A DNA stretch of 64,000 bases, taken from positions 80,276 to 144,275 of the forward strand of contig NW_005434559.1 of NCBI RefSeq assembly GCF_000315625.1, written 5' to 3'. This DNA comes from Guillardia theta CCMP2712. Lineage: Eukaryota; Protista; Cryptophyta. Made by a program: the position numbers and the translations under genes. Under the pieces are notes generated by a model. The model worked only from the letters and a program-made list of their open reading frames with translations, did no database searches and was not told the origin of the DNA. Shown here in pieces: positions 20,582 to 45,400 of the stretch. How positions within the stretch are numbered: the stretch's first letter is position 1; each line of letters opens with the position of its first letter.

Positions 20582-22045
20582 ATCCTTCCTTCCCCTCCCC
20601 TGCTGCTTCTACATTCCCCGATACCTTCCCCGCTCGCTTCACGCTCTCCAGCAAGAAGCTTCCCCCTAGCGGCTGCGCTCCTCTCCCCTCGACCAATCCT
20701 TGGCAGGGCTTAGCCTGGGCGTCGGGGGAGGCGGGGAGGAGGGAGGTGCTGTCCTCGGTCTGCTCTAGGTAGTCCTGCTGGGATCGCGAAAGCCGGAAGG
20801 ACCTGGTGGCGGGGGAGAGAGTGGGCTTGAGGTCGTCGGAGAAGCGGATGGAGAGGGGAGGGGAGGGAATGAGAGGAGGACGGTGCATGGCTGACGGCGC
20901 TGCGAAGTGTAAGTGAGTAGGGGCGAGCAGTGAGGAACGGATTGTAGCCTGATGGTGTCAAGGCAGCTCGAAATTGAGTCGTTTCGACGTCAACACCGCG
21001 AAAGAGTCTCAAAGATTCGTTCCCCCCTCCCCCGCCCCACCACTGACCCTTTACGATTTACTCTAATGGCTCAATCGAAGAATCGCCCGGGCTGTCAACC
21101 CCCCAAGAAGGCAATTTGCTGTCACGGCAAAAGTCATGCTGCAAGATGTAAAGATGACAGTAAACATGGTGAGATGACAGGCATCGGCGGAGGACCGGAT
21201 CATCAACATGGAGTCCGTGGGCACTGGATGACTTGTAGTCGCATTGCCTGTCACGGGAAGGACAGAGTTTGTCCCGATACATTTCGGTCCCGGTGACGAA
21301 TCATTGTGATAACGCAATGGTTGATTCTCCATACTTATCTTGTCACGCTGAAGGTCACGGTCCGGATGACCAGTCATGGGGCATGTCCTTGAAGGAGGTA
21401 AAACGCACTCTCAAGTCCCAGCTACCCCACCCCACCTTGTCCCACACTTACCCCTATTTTCTACCATAATACCACCCCTGGTGGTACCGACTCCTTGCTC
21501 AGAAACTCTCCGAGTCGCGGTATGGATGCCATCCGTCGATATCTCGAGACTCTAACTCCTTCATCCCTCGTCCCTGTCCTGTACCCACGCGCTGTTACGT
21601 CCTCCCCCTTCACTGCCAGCTCTGTTCCTTCTCCTCCTCTGCTCTGATCCGATCTGTGATTGCAAGTTACATCCTCGAAGATCTACGCCTGGCACCTCGC
21701 AACCTGAACCCACTCCTTACAACCGCAGACTTCTGAACATGAACCCTCCTCTTCCCTTCCCCTCCCCTCCCCGCTCCATCCGCTTCTCCGACGACCTCAA
21801 GCCCACTCTCTCCCCCGCCACCAGGTCCTTCCGGCTATCGCGATCCCAGCAGGACTACCTAGAGCAGACCGAGGACAGCACCTCCCTCCTCCCCGCCTCC
21901 CCCGACGCCCAGGCTAAGCCTTGCCGAGGACTGGTGGAGGGGAGAGGAGCGCGGCCGCTAGGGGGAAGCTTCTTGCTGGAGAGCGTGAAGCGAGCGAGGA
22001 AGGTATCGGGGAATGTAGAAGCAGCAGGGGCGAGGAAGGAAGGAT
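20582..22045. repeat. Inverted duplication with ~300-bp arms (20582-20879 and about 21744-22045) around a ~865-bp spacer
   Basis: Arms are near-identical reverse complements; both encode SIRFSDDLKPTLSPATRSFRLSRSQQDYLEQTEDSTSLLPASPDAQAKPC..., reading outward. Confidence 0.93.
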
Positions 22046-22524
22046 TTGAATGTGCAGGTATGAAGTCAGATATTGTAATCATCAAGCACTAATGGTGAAA
22101 GCTAGAATAAATGTTCTAAAAAGCGAAAGAAGGGTGTGAATGTTGACTGATACCTTAGCCAAGTAGTGCTGGATTGCACTTGTCAAGGACGAGGGCGCTA
22201 TCAGATAGCAGAAGGAGACTTCTGAAGAACCTCTGAATTCGTGAAGAGTTTCCTGTCTTGATGCTTGTCCCAGCATTCCATGCATTGCAGCCGCTCAATC
22301 TCACCCTCCACAAGTCAATATTGGTTATCCCCTTTCCCCTTTCCCTGCCTTCATGTCTCAAATCGTCTCACCTGCAAAGATTCAGCCGTGATTGAGGTGG
22401 ACCTTACGAGCTGTAAAGGAGAAAAAGAGCTGTAAAGCAGACAATGAGAGGTCAAAGCCGCTATAGCTGAGCAATTCATATTCCCCAGGACATCAAGAGC
22501 GCGGAAAGATTTTTTTATGCGACT

Positions 22525-22600
22525 TGTCAATCAGTTCTAAGATCGGAAGCGGAGGAGCGTCCTGTCAACCAGTGCTAAGATCGGAAGCGGAGGAGCGTCC
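22525..22600. repeat. 38-bp direct duplication
   Basis: tgtcaa(t/c)cagt(t/g)ctaagatcggaagcggaggagcgtcc twice in tandem. Confidence 0.9.
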
Positions 22601-22649
22601 ATGTGTACGTAAACATGCAGCTTGCCTGAAACAATCACACTTCAGTCTT

Positions 22650-24700
22650 GAGACATGACATGGCAGTAAGACGCTTCACCAGCACCAGAAGGAGATTCAG
22701 CGGCACAATCGCCGCAGAGGAACAAGGGTTGCTGTTCCTGGAAGGTTCTCAGAGGGTCAAAGACGAGAGAGCAGGGCAGCAACTTACTTGCACTGCAAGG
22801 TCTCTTCACACAGCTTCTTCAACTTGGGCAGGTACTGCCTTGACTTCATCGAGATGAAGTACGTTTGCCCCGTTGCTTGCTCCGTCGTCTGAAAGCTGCA
22901 CTCCCACTCACCACCCTACCACCGGGCCTCTCCTTTCCGTGTACCTGCATCGCCGGTCGTAGATGTCGTAGCAGTACTGACAGCACATGGGAAAGGCAGT
23001 GAGCTGCGAACGATCAAAAAATGTTGTGAGTGCATGAGGTACTCCGAGCTTTGTCCTGCTCACCTGCTGGAGGTATTTGGTGGGACTGTTTTCATCCCTG
23101 CAGTCGCCAGTCGCGGTGCACTGAACTTGTGCCATGAGGGAAAGGGAGAGAGAGGAGGAGGAGGAGAGGCAGGAGAGGCAGGGGCAGGGGCAGGGGCAGG
23201 GGCAGGGGCAGGGGCAGGGGCAGAAGGAGGACTGGGGAACCTGGTTGAACAGCAAGGATTCACAGCACTCTTGCTGCACGATCAGGCGAAGCTGAGCCTG
23301 CCAGCTATATGAGGACAAAGGCAATAATACGGGCGAGGCCGTGCCTGAAGATCCTTGAAGTCTGACTTAGTCTTCTCTACCTTGGCGAGACGCTCCTCCG
23401 CGCTAGAAGAGATCCCAATGTTCTGAGCCAGCCAAGTCAGTCAGTGATGACGGTGGCACAAGGCCGGCCCGTACGTCGAGAACACTCTTGCAGCAGCAGA
23501 AGTCACTGCAGTACTGGGAAAGGAGAGTGCGGTCGCAGTTGCAAACCTCGGTGGAGCCCTGGGTGGGCTGTCAGAGACATCGAGCGACCCCACAAGTTGT
23601 GGGTGACCTGGAAGTAGGCGATACAGCAGTCTGGCAGGACTTGTCGTCTCTGTGTGACGAGGTCTTGAACGTTGAACTTCCCTCCGATCACCCTGCACTC
23701 TTGATCGATCGTGCTTCCCAGCAGTTTGTTCAGGCAGGAATCGAACGTGAAGGTCTCCCCAATGCTCTTGCAGAACTAGCCTTTAGAAAGAATGCTCGCG
23801 CTAGGAAGGGCAAGAATACCTGGAGATGCACCCGAAACTTTGTGATAACGTCGCCATTGGGAGCACAAATCTTCTTCTGCAGTGACACAGCAAGTCACGA
23901 ACAACTCAGGCACTGCTCGGCTTCCATCTCACCTGAAACTTGCCGCTCGCTGGGTTCGGGGTCAAATCTTCCGAGATGCCGCAGAATCCTGTGGATATCT
24001 TCCCGGCAATGGCGAAGCATCCGGCAACAGGTTTGTAGACCACGCTGGAGAGGAAACCAAACTTTGTTGTTGTATTGACTCCCAGGTCCCACTGATCTGC
24101 TGTTCCCGAGATTGCCGGAACGCCCGACAAGACCACCACAAATAGGCTAATAAGCTGAGATCTGTATCGGACTGGCTGCATGTTTCCTTGATCAGGTGCT
24201 CCTCCTTCCCTCTCTTTGTCTCTTCATGCTTCACCTCGCCTGTTGAACAAACATTCAACGTCAGAGGTACTTCTCTAGAACCTATCCTATCTGGAACAAG
24301 AAAGTTGTTTCAACACACAAGCACATTCAACACACAAGCACAAACAAGTCTAAAACACAGTCTCGTATGTTCCAACTCTGCAAGTTTCCCTTCACAACGT
24401 TCTACGTACTGGAAGGTTTTTGCAGGATTCCTCATCAACATCTGACCAACACAGTTCTTGATCTCTCCATCAACTTCGATGCCATCTGAATCTCCTCAAG
24501 AGTTTGTGGCTAACAGCAAGCATTTTGTGTACAAGATTGCATCCCCACCACTACAGACTCGCAACCATTCATCGATGTCATGCATCACTGTTTTTCCTCT
24601 GGCATGTTTGGTTCGTATGATTGTGATTGAGACCATGGGATCTCTTCTATTCAAAATCACTACCTCATCATGCTACTTTTCAGGCTTCTTGGTACTTGTT
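22650..24700 (-). CDS. Hypothetical Cys-rich multi-exon protein; boundaries uncertain
   Basis: Minus-strand exons bounded by donor/acceptor signals, e.g. VQCTATGDCRDENSPTKYLQQ, LTAFPMCCQYCYDIYDRRCRY, GFLSSVVYKPVAGCFAIAGKISTGFCG; (CCCCTG)n intron at about 23180-23220. Confidence 0.4.
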
Positions 24701-25257
24701 AGATTGCTACTCCTTGAATTGCGAAACTCGTCCCTGTCCCTGCCCTTGCCCATGCTTCTAACCCCTGCTGCTGCTGGTTCCTCCTCTTTCATTTCCTTTC
24801 TTCTTTCTCCCCTTCTCCTCGCCCGCTCCTTCCCTTGCTGCTCCTCCTGCTCCTCCTGCTCCTCCTGCTCCTCCTGCTCCTCCTGCTCCTCCCGCCCCCC
24901 ACTCTAGCTAGTTCAATGGCCATCAGCGTCAAAAGGCTGTTTGACGCGCAGGGTTGAGTAAAACTACTACTGGTACAGTACTACCTCAGTCGACCACTGC
25001 CAGTAACTGGCACCGGGCCGGGCCGGGCCGGGCCCGGGTAGAAAAACTTGTTGAATGGTGAAGTTGATTGGGTTTGTTTTTATTTCACTGATACTATCAT
25101 AGGATGATCATTACAATCATGTTCGGGTTGCGATTCTTCAACTTCCTCCTGCTCTTACTGAACATCCTCCTTCTCCACCTCCTCATAACTGAGTTTTTTC
25201 TTCCGAAGTTCTTCTTTTCTTCGTCGTCCGATCTTCAAGTCTTCTCGTCCTCCACCA

Positions 25258-37881
<12,624 letters not shown>

Positions 37882-38469
37882 CTGGCTGTCCGATCCTCCC
37901 GATTGAAGTGTCGTCGTTGCTAGCGCGGACTCAGAGCTGCAGCGATCGCGTGCCAAGACGTACCTGACGAGTGTAACGAGGCGTCCTCGGGGCTCGTTTT
38001 GAGCACCCACGGCCTTCCAGAGAAGCGATCCTCTTGAACAAGGACGTCTATTCGAGACTTCTTCGTTGATTCATCTGCTGACATCTGTTCGGAGTCATTA
38101 GAAGATCAAAACCACCGTGCACATCACTTTCCGCCCTTCCTGTCTGGTCATGCAGTAGCTCACATCGACCGCTAATCAACGACTCGAGCAAACAAGGACT
38201 AGGATCCCAGCGTCATGATGCATACTCTGCACAATATCTGACTGACTTTAGCCTGCATCTGAGCTCTCAACTCCCTCTTCCGCCGCCATTAGATGCCAGG
38301 CAGACTAGGTCAACAAAAATCTAGCCTTGCCAAACACAGCGCTCTCCTTGGTATTCCATAACATGATGTAACCATTGCAAGCACATCAGATGAGATGTTT
38401 CATCACATCATCATCATCTTCCCATCTCTCCCTCTCTCCTCCCGCCTCCCCCACCCCCGTACTGTCTGC

Positions 38470-40040
38470 CATTTCCCTTCGTATCCCTGCCATGGCGGTG
38501 CCTAGAGGTTCGACCCTCATTTAAAAAAAGGTGATTTCCGTGGATCGAAAAGACGTTTTTCTATTCATTAAAACATTTTAATAATCGAAAAACACTCATT
38601 TCGATTTTTGATATCCTTATTTTGACCCCACCCCTAGTTACCAAAAGGATGGACCACCGTGATTGTGATGACCCCAGCCTGACATGACCCCACCACCTCA
38701 TAAATCACATCAAATAACACTAAGTAACCGGTACATCAAAACACCCCCACCCAGAAGGACACTTAGACCTGTGTATCCGACTACCCCTACTACCCCCCTT
38801 TTAGTCTATCCCGTCAGTTTGCTCCTTCAGGTTCCAATGTGGGGAGGATTTACAAGGTGGGGAATAGGGGTGGGGGGGTGGGGTGCGGCAGGAGGCAGCA
38901 GGGCTCTAATTGAGGTGAGAATGATGGGTGGGGTGTATAAGTCAAAACCTGAAGATGGGGTAGGGTGATTCAAGACCAAAGCGTAGGGTAGGTGGTGTAT
39001 GGAGATAACACGAAAATGACCCTGCGAACAACATCAAAAGAGAGGGTACTCACAACGATACACGGGGGTGGCGGTAGTTATACCTGTCACTCAATGGGGT
39101 GGGGGGTGGACCAAAAGAGAAGGGACAGGTGAAGGTGGGGTGGTCACTTTTACTAGGATGGTGCCGCAAACTAGAGGCACGACCTTGCAACCCCTTGAGA
39201 GGACCCCCACCCCCCTCCCTCCGTTTCGGGTGATCCTGTAAAGAGTAGGGTCCCCCTCAGGAAAGAATACACGGCAGCAACTAAACCCCAATAGACTCTC
39301 ATTGGAAAATCTTCACTGCTTCCCAATTCAGCACTGCGGCGGGCCCACAGGGGTAATTGGCATCTGGGGTCGAGCAGATTCAGTACTACTTGTAAGGCCT
39401 CGGGGCCTGGTGGGCCTGACTCTCAGGAGGAGGCACCGATCGCTCTACGTACTTCGCTGTATCCGGCGGGGGTGTACTAAAACCAGTGAGGGGTGTATTG
39501 GGAGATAGGGGTACGTGGGGCGCAACTTTCAGTGGCCCCCGGTCTCAGAGGGGGGGCCTAGGGGGTGGTCAGTCTCTGCCTATCATCGTACCGGTCATGA
39601 TCCAGGGGCTCAGCGGGTACCGTACCGCACGGTGACGGTGGGTTTGACCCGCCGGTGACGGCGGCGGGCTCCGTTTGACGGCTCCGAGTCCGAATGAAGC
39701 ATACTCAGTGATCATAACGGTTTCCTTTCAAGTGGTCAGTACGGTCAACGGTTCAACGGTTAGTGTTGTGTTTCAGGGCCTGGATCACTGCCGCCGGATA
39801 CCGTTAGATCACTCATCTCGGCTGAGTGATTTCTTGAACCGACGATTTTAACTTTTGGACTGCGAATCGGACGGCCGCCGTTGCCGGCAGTGTGGCAAGA
39901 CCAAACTTGTGTCTGTCTCTTCAGTCTACTCCGGCTCTCAGTCCTGCCATTGTCCTCGTCCCGGCCCGCCGGGCTCACGGTACGCCGCCGGGCGGCGGCC
40001 GGGCGGCGCCGCGCGGCCCGGGTCATACTATAGACTGAGA
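38470..40040. promoter_or_regulatory. Intergenic ACCCC/GGGGT-skewed region followed by a CpG/palindrome island (39560-40040), upstream of the channel gene
   Basis: C-run-rich 38620-38810 switches to G-run-rich 38840-39150, then a CCGG/GTAC/GAGTC island. Regulatory role inferred from position only. Confidence 0.4.
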
Positions 40041-40689
40041 GTTGCTTCTCTTGAAGTTTTAGTCAAATACCCCCTTCTTGCCGGGGCAAAACATGGCAGT
40101 GAGGTACGGTATGTGGACCTTCCGTTGGATATGGATGGATGGTGGTGGCGGTGGTGGAGGAGGAGGGGGATGATGATGTTGATGATGATGATGAGGAGGA
40201 GGAGGAGGAGGAGGAGGAGGAGGAGGATGGCAATATTTGAACCAAGAGATGATGGCTAATGGTGATCAGGTATTTGCAGACTGACCCCGGATGTAATACT
40301 TTCGGTCTTCAGTCTATCGACTGCAGCAATGTCCTCGTCCTAACAGGCTTCCCGCGCATTCATCCTCTTCTACAAGTTTGAAGGCATCCCGCATCATGCC
40401 TCTGAGCGGCCATCCCCCCAAGTCGAGAATGCGGAAAACTTTCGTCCCACAGAACTCGCAGGCTCCCTACCTGCTTTTGCGGACAAGACGGAAGACAATC
40501 CACAGATGAGCGAAGAGGCAGGAAACATATGATTGACGCGAATCAATTGAATCACTTGTTGAGACTTCCATATGAATGAGTATCATCATGAAAGAAACTG
40601 AGAAAAATAAATTCCCGTCTTTTTCGACAATCCTCAAATTCATGGATTTGTTGAGTGTGTGGACGACAAAGTTTCCGGGTTGTTCGACT

Positions 40690-40799
40690 CAAGGGGCAGC
40701 AGGGTCAGGAGGAGGAGGAGGAGCAGCAGCAGCAGCAGCCGCAGGGGCAGGAAAGGAGCAGGGGAAAACGCAAGAGCAGCAGTGGCAGCGGCGGCGGCA

Positions 40800-40838
<39 letters not shown>

Positions 40839-41219
40839 GCAGCAGCAGCAGGGGCGGCAGCAGGAGGAGCAGCTGCTGTAGAGGCAGTAGCAGGGGCAGG
40901 GGCACGGGCACGGGCAGAAGCAGGGGCAGGGGCAGCAGGGGCAGAAGCAGCAAGGTCAGGAGCAGCTGCAGCTGCAGCAGGGGCAGGAGTAGGGGCAGGA
41001 GCAGCAGCAGCAGCAGCAGCAGCAGGGGCAGGAGGAGGAGGAGGGGCAGGGGCAGGGGCAGGAGAAGGAGGAGGAGGTGGAGGAGGAGGAGGAGCAGCAG
41101 CAGCAGCAGGGGCAGGAGGAGGAGGAGGGGCAGGGGCAGGGGCAGGAGCGGGAGCAGGAGCAGGGGTAGGAAAGGAGTAGGTGAAGACGCAAGAGCAAGA
41201 GCAAGAGCAAGAGCAAGAG

Positions 41220-41271
<52 letters not shown>

Positions 41272-41365
41272 GTCAGGAGCAGCAGGGTCAGGAGCACCAG
41301 CACCAGCACCAGCACCAGCACCAGCACCAGCACCAGCACCAGCACCAGCAACAGCAACAGGGGCA
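40690..41365. repeat. Compound microsatellite mosaic (GCA, GCG, GGA, GGGGCA, GCAAGA, GCACCA)
   Basis: Seen directly; creates homopolymeric ORFs in several frames. Confidence 0.9.
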
Positions 41366-42224
41366 GAGACAAGAACTGCAGGACGAGGAGCCGTGTCTGC
41401 GTCTGACTCGACATGAGGTACAAGAGGATGGCAGGGCGAGAAGCTCAAGCGAAAGCGAGAAAGGAAAGATGAGGGGGAAAGAAGGGAATCGAAGTCAGGA
41501 AGAAGCTGAGGTTGATACGGACGATGGGCGAGGACGATCAGGAGGAAGAGAGGAGGAGGAGAACAAAAGCATCGGCAAGTTAGACTGAGAAAGCCTCGAA
41601 CAAGATGAATGATAAACAAATGGTGGGGAGAATCTGCTTGCCCTCGTGGACGAGACCTGCCTAAGAGATCGGAGCTCCTCCTTTGTTCCTCTTGCTTCCT
41701 ACTTCTCCTCCCTTCCCCTTCTTGCTCCCTCCCTCTCTCCTCCTTCCTGCTTGTCCCTCGCCCTTCCTTGCTCCCCTCCTCCCCTCCTCCCCTGCTTCCT
41801 TCCCCTCGTCCCCTCCTCCTCTTCTTGCTTCTTCTCTTCCTCCTTTTTCTCGATCTTGCTTCTACTTCTTCCTCCCTTCTTCCTCCCTTCTTGCTTTGCT
41901 TTCTCTCCCTCTCTCCCTTCTCCCTCCCTTTCTCGTCAGCTCGTCTTGTGCTGGCCGCTGGATCACATTGAGTGGAGGAAGTAAGAGGGAGGAGAGCGAG
42001 AATCTGCAGAGGTGAGAAGAGGAGGGAGCAGAGAGGGAGGAGGGAGGGGAGCAGGAGGGGAGGAGGGAGGGGAGCAGGAAGGGAGGAGGGAGGAGGGGGA
42101 GGGAAGACCAGATTGTGAAACGAGCGCGCACGGTTGAAGATGGTTGAGGGTCATTGGAATTTTTAGGTCGGTGAGGAGCAGGAAAGAGAGGGAGGGCCAG
42201 GAATGACGGTGAATAGTGGTTACA

Positions 42225-42319
42225 GGAGAGGAGAGGAGAGAGGAGAGGAGAGGAGAGGAGAGGAGAGGAGAGGAGAGGAGAGGAGAGGAGAGGAGAGGAG
42301 AGGAGAGGAGAGGAGAGGA
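42225..42319. repeat. (GGAGA)n pentanucleotide microsatellite downstream of eEF3
   Basis: About 19 direct copies. Confidence 0.95.
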
Positions 42320-42472
42320 GTGACAGATGTTGAAGCGAGGAGGAGCGAGGAGTGCAGAGCTTTAGAGTAAGCAAGCAGCAAGAGTAGGAGCGTGCAGAGA
42401 ACAAGACAAGAAATGTGTGAACCAAGTCTTTACTTGAGCAACATCGCTACTCTAGCAAGACAGGCAAGCAAT

Positions 42473-45400
42473 TTAGTCCTCCTCGGAGTCGGAGGGGAGG
42501 CCGGCGGCCCTGCGCTGAGCCTTCTTCTTCTCGAGCTTCTTCTGATCGCGGGCAGACAGCTTCTTCTCCTTCTTGACCTTGATCACGTTGCCGAGCGAGT
42601 CCATCACCTCATCAGGAGCCTCGTTGGCGCTCGCGTCGATCTTCTCGTCCGCAGCGACCTCTCCCTCGCGCCGCAGCTCTCCGTTCTCAACCACCCAGCG
42701 CTCGGGGCAGAGAGCCTCGGTGAACTCGCGGTTGTGGGAGATGAGAACAACTCCTCCTCCGTACTTGCGGATGGCTCCAGCCAAGGCGCCGAGGGAGTCG
42801 CGGTCGAGGTAGTTGGTGGGCTCGTCCATGACCAGGATATGAGGATTGTTCCACATAGCACCAGCGATCACCACCTTGACCTTCTGTCCTCCGGACAAGC
42901 CGCGGATGCGAGAGTGAGTAGCAAACTCAGCCTCCAGGCCCATGTCGCCGAGCTGCTTCTCCACGAACTTGGTGGTCAGCGGGCGGCTGGCCAGACCAGC
43001 CCTGAGCGCCTCCTGCTGGTCGAGGCGCTGGACCATCTTGCCCCATCCCATCTCCTCGAGCTTCTCGCGCTCGATCCAGGTGTTGTTCTCCTCCGACTTG
43101 TTGAGCCACTTCACCTCGTACTCGTAGGAGCGCTTCGTCTTGCGGCGAGACCTCAGAGCCTCGATGATGCGCTTCTCGACGGTGCCGTCATCGTTGCGGA
43201 TGACGTGGACCTTCTCGAGGTTGTCCTCCTCCTCCTTGGTCATCTTCCTCGCCTCCTGCTCGTTAGCCTCCCTGTCCTCGCCCGAGCTGTACCTCCACTG
43301 GATGTACTCGTTGGGCGTCTGGTCAAGGTGGTTCTCCAAGTGATGGAAAGCGTGCTGGGCAACGTAGGCGACGCGCATGTTCTGGTGGCGCCACACGGTA
43401 CCCTCAGTCGGCTTCGTCTCTCCGCAGAACATCTTGATGATGGTCGACTTGCCAGCTCCGTTGGGTCCGACGACGGCAACCCTGGAAGACAACGACGCCT
43501 GCAGAGTGATGTTGCGGACCGTGGGCTTGTCGCGTCCAGGGTAGGTGTAGGTGCAGCGGTCCATCTTGATGATCGCCTTGCCCTTGGACTTGATGCCGTC
43601 GAGGAGGCCGGGCTCAGGGAAGGTGAAGCTGATGTTCTCATCGCTGAGCTCGTAGTAGGTCTTGGCCCTGGGCACGCGCTTGACGAAGGCGGACAAGTTG
43701 CCCTTGTAGTTCTTGAGCTTGCGGTTCTCCTCGTAGTGGATGATGTGAGTAACCACACGGTCAAGGAAGCCAGAGTCGTGAGTGATGATGAGGGAGGTAA
43801 CCTTGTCCTGGCTGGTCAAGAAGTTCTCGAGCCATGCAACGTTCTTGACGTCCAAGTGGTTGGTGGGCTCGTCGAGGAGGAGGATGTCGGCGTTCATCAG
43901 GATGGCGCGGCAGAGCGCGAGCTTCATCTTCCATCCTCCGGAAAGGCCGGAGATGCAGGCGTTAATGTTGGCAGGGGAGGAGTCGTCAGCCTTGAAGCCG
44001 AACTCGTCCAACTTGGCGATGATGTCATCCCTGGACCTGTCGGGGACGAGCTTGCACACGTAGTCGACGATGTTGAGGTCCGAGAGGTCGCCCTGGATGT
44101 CGTGCTCCACGTACACGGTCTTGAGCACGTCGGGAGGAGGGAAGTTCTCAACCTGCCCGTTGGCGATGGCCTTCATCAGAGTAGACTTGCCGCATCCGTT
44201 GTGGCCGCACACGCCATAGCGCTTGCCGCGCTTCAAGTGAAGGCGGGTGTTGTTGAGAAGGATCTTGGCTCCGTAACCCAGCGAGAACTCGCAGTTGCAG
44301 AGATCCTCTCCCTCGTCGTCCTCGTCCTCAGCGGCGTCCTTGGGCACGCAAGACTTGTAGCACTGGGCGTACGCGGCCTTGCACACGGCCTCGGCGTCAG
44401 CCTGGGGCATGAAGGGAGCGAGGTAGGGGCAGACTCCCTCGAACTTCCACTGCTCCTCCTCGAACAACATGCCGTCGATCATGCCGGAAAGGAGGCAGGC
44501 GACATACTCCAGCGAAACACGGAAGGTCTTGTCGTCGAGCTTGGTTCCCGGGACGTTGGCGGTGATGGCCTCCTCGAGGACCTTGAGCACATCCTCGGGC
44601 TCCATCTTCTTGGACGCCTCGAAGGCCTCGGCGCTCTCCTTGATGTTCTTGAGAGTCTTGAGGGCACGAGTAGCCACGGAGCGGGCCTCGGGGTCGGACA
44701 TCTCAGTGGAGAGACGCTCGATGGCGGGTAGGAGCTCGGGAAGGAAGGTGGTGGCCTCGTGCGCATAGTCGATGAGCTTACACATGTTGTCGGCGATGAC
44801 GCAGACACGGCGCTTCGACTCGATCTTCTTCTCGTTGCAGCCACGCATGAGGATGGGGACGGTGATGGAGAGCGCGGGGTTGTCGACAGACTGCACGAAG
44901 ACGGTGGAAGAGAGCTTGTGGAGGGTCTCGGGGATCTCCTCGGGGTTCTTGATGGACTGGATCACAGCAGGGATGAAGGGACGGATATCCCTGTTCTGGC
45001 AAGTCTCCATGGCCTTGAGGGTTGCGTACTCGGCAGCCTCCTTCACGTCCTTCTTGCTGTCCCACATGGCGGCGGAGACAACAGGCATGACCTGGTAGAG
45101 GGAGCGGGAGAAGGGAACCTGCGACTTCTCGGCGAGCTGTCCAAGGAGGCGGAGGGACCACATCTTGGTCTGCCAGTTGGTCTCGGCGATTCCCGCGAAG
45201 AGCATGCCCTGCACGTTCTTGATCGCCTGAGGGCAGACGATCTCGATGATGGCAGGGCCGGCAGCCTCAGCGGCAGCGCGGACCTCAGCCTTCTTCTTGT
45301 CCGCCACGCACGAGAGGACCGGGGCGAGGAAGGGCACGAGGAAGGGCTCGGCCTTGGCTCCGACAGCCTCGGCGCATCCCTTGATGGCATAGAGCGCGGG

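Noticed and set aside
42392-44731. 779-aa plus-strand ORF, and 44759-45793
   Set aside because: Antisense shadows of the GC3-biased eEF3 gene with no protein motifs.
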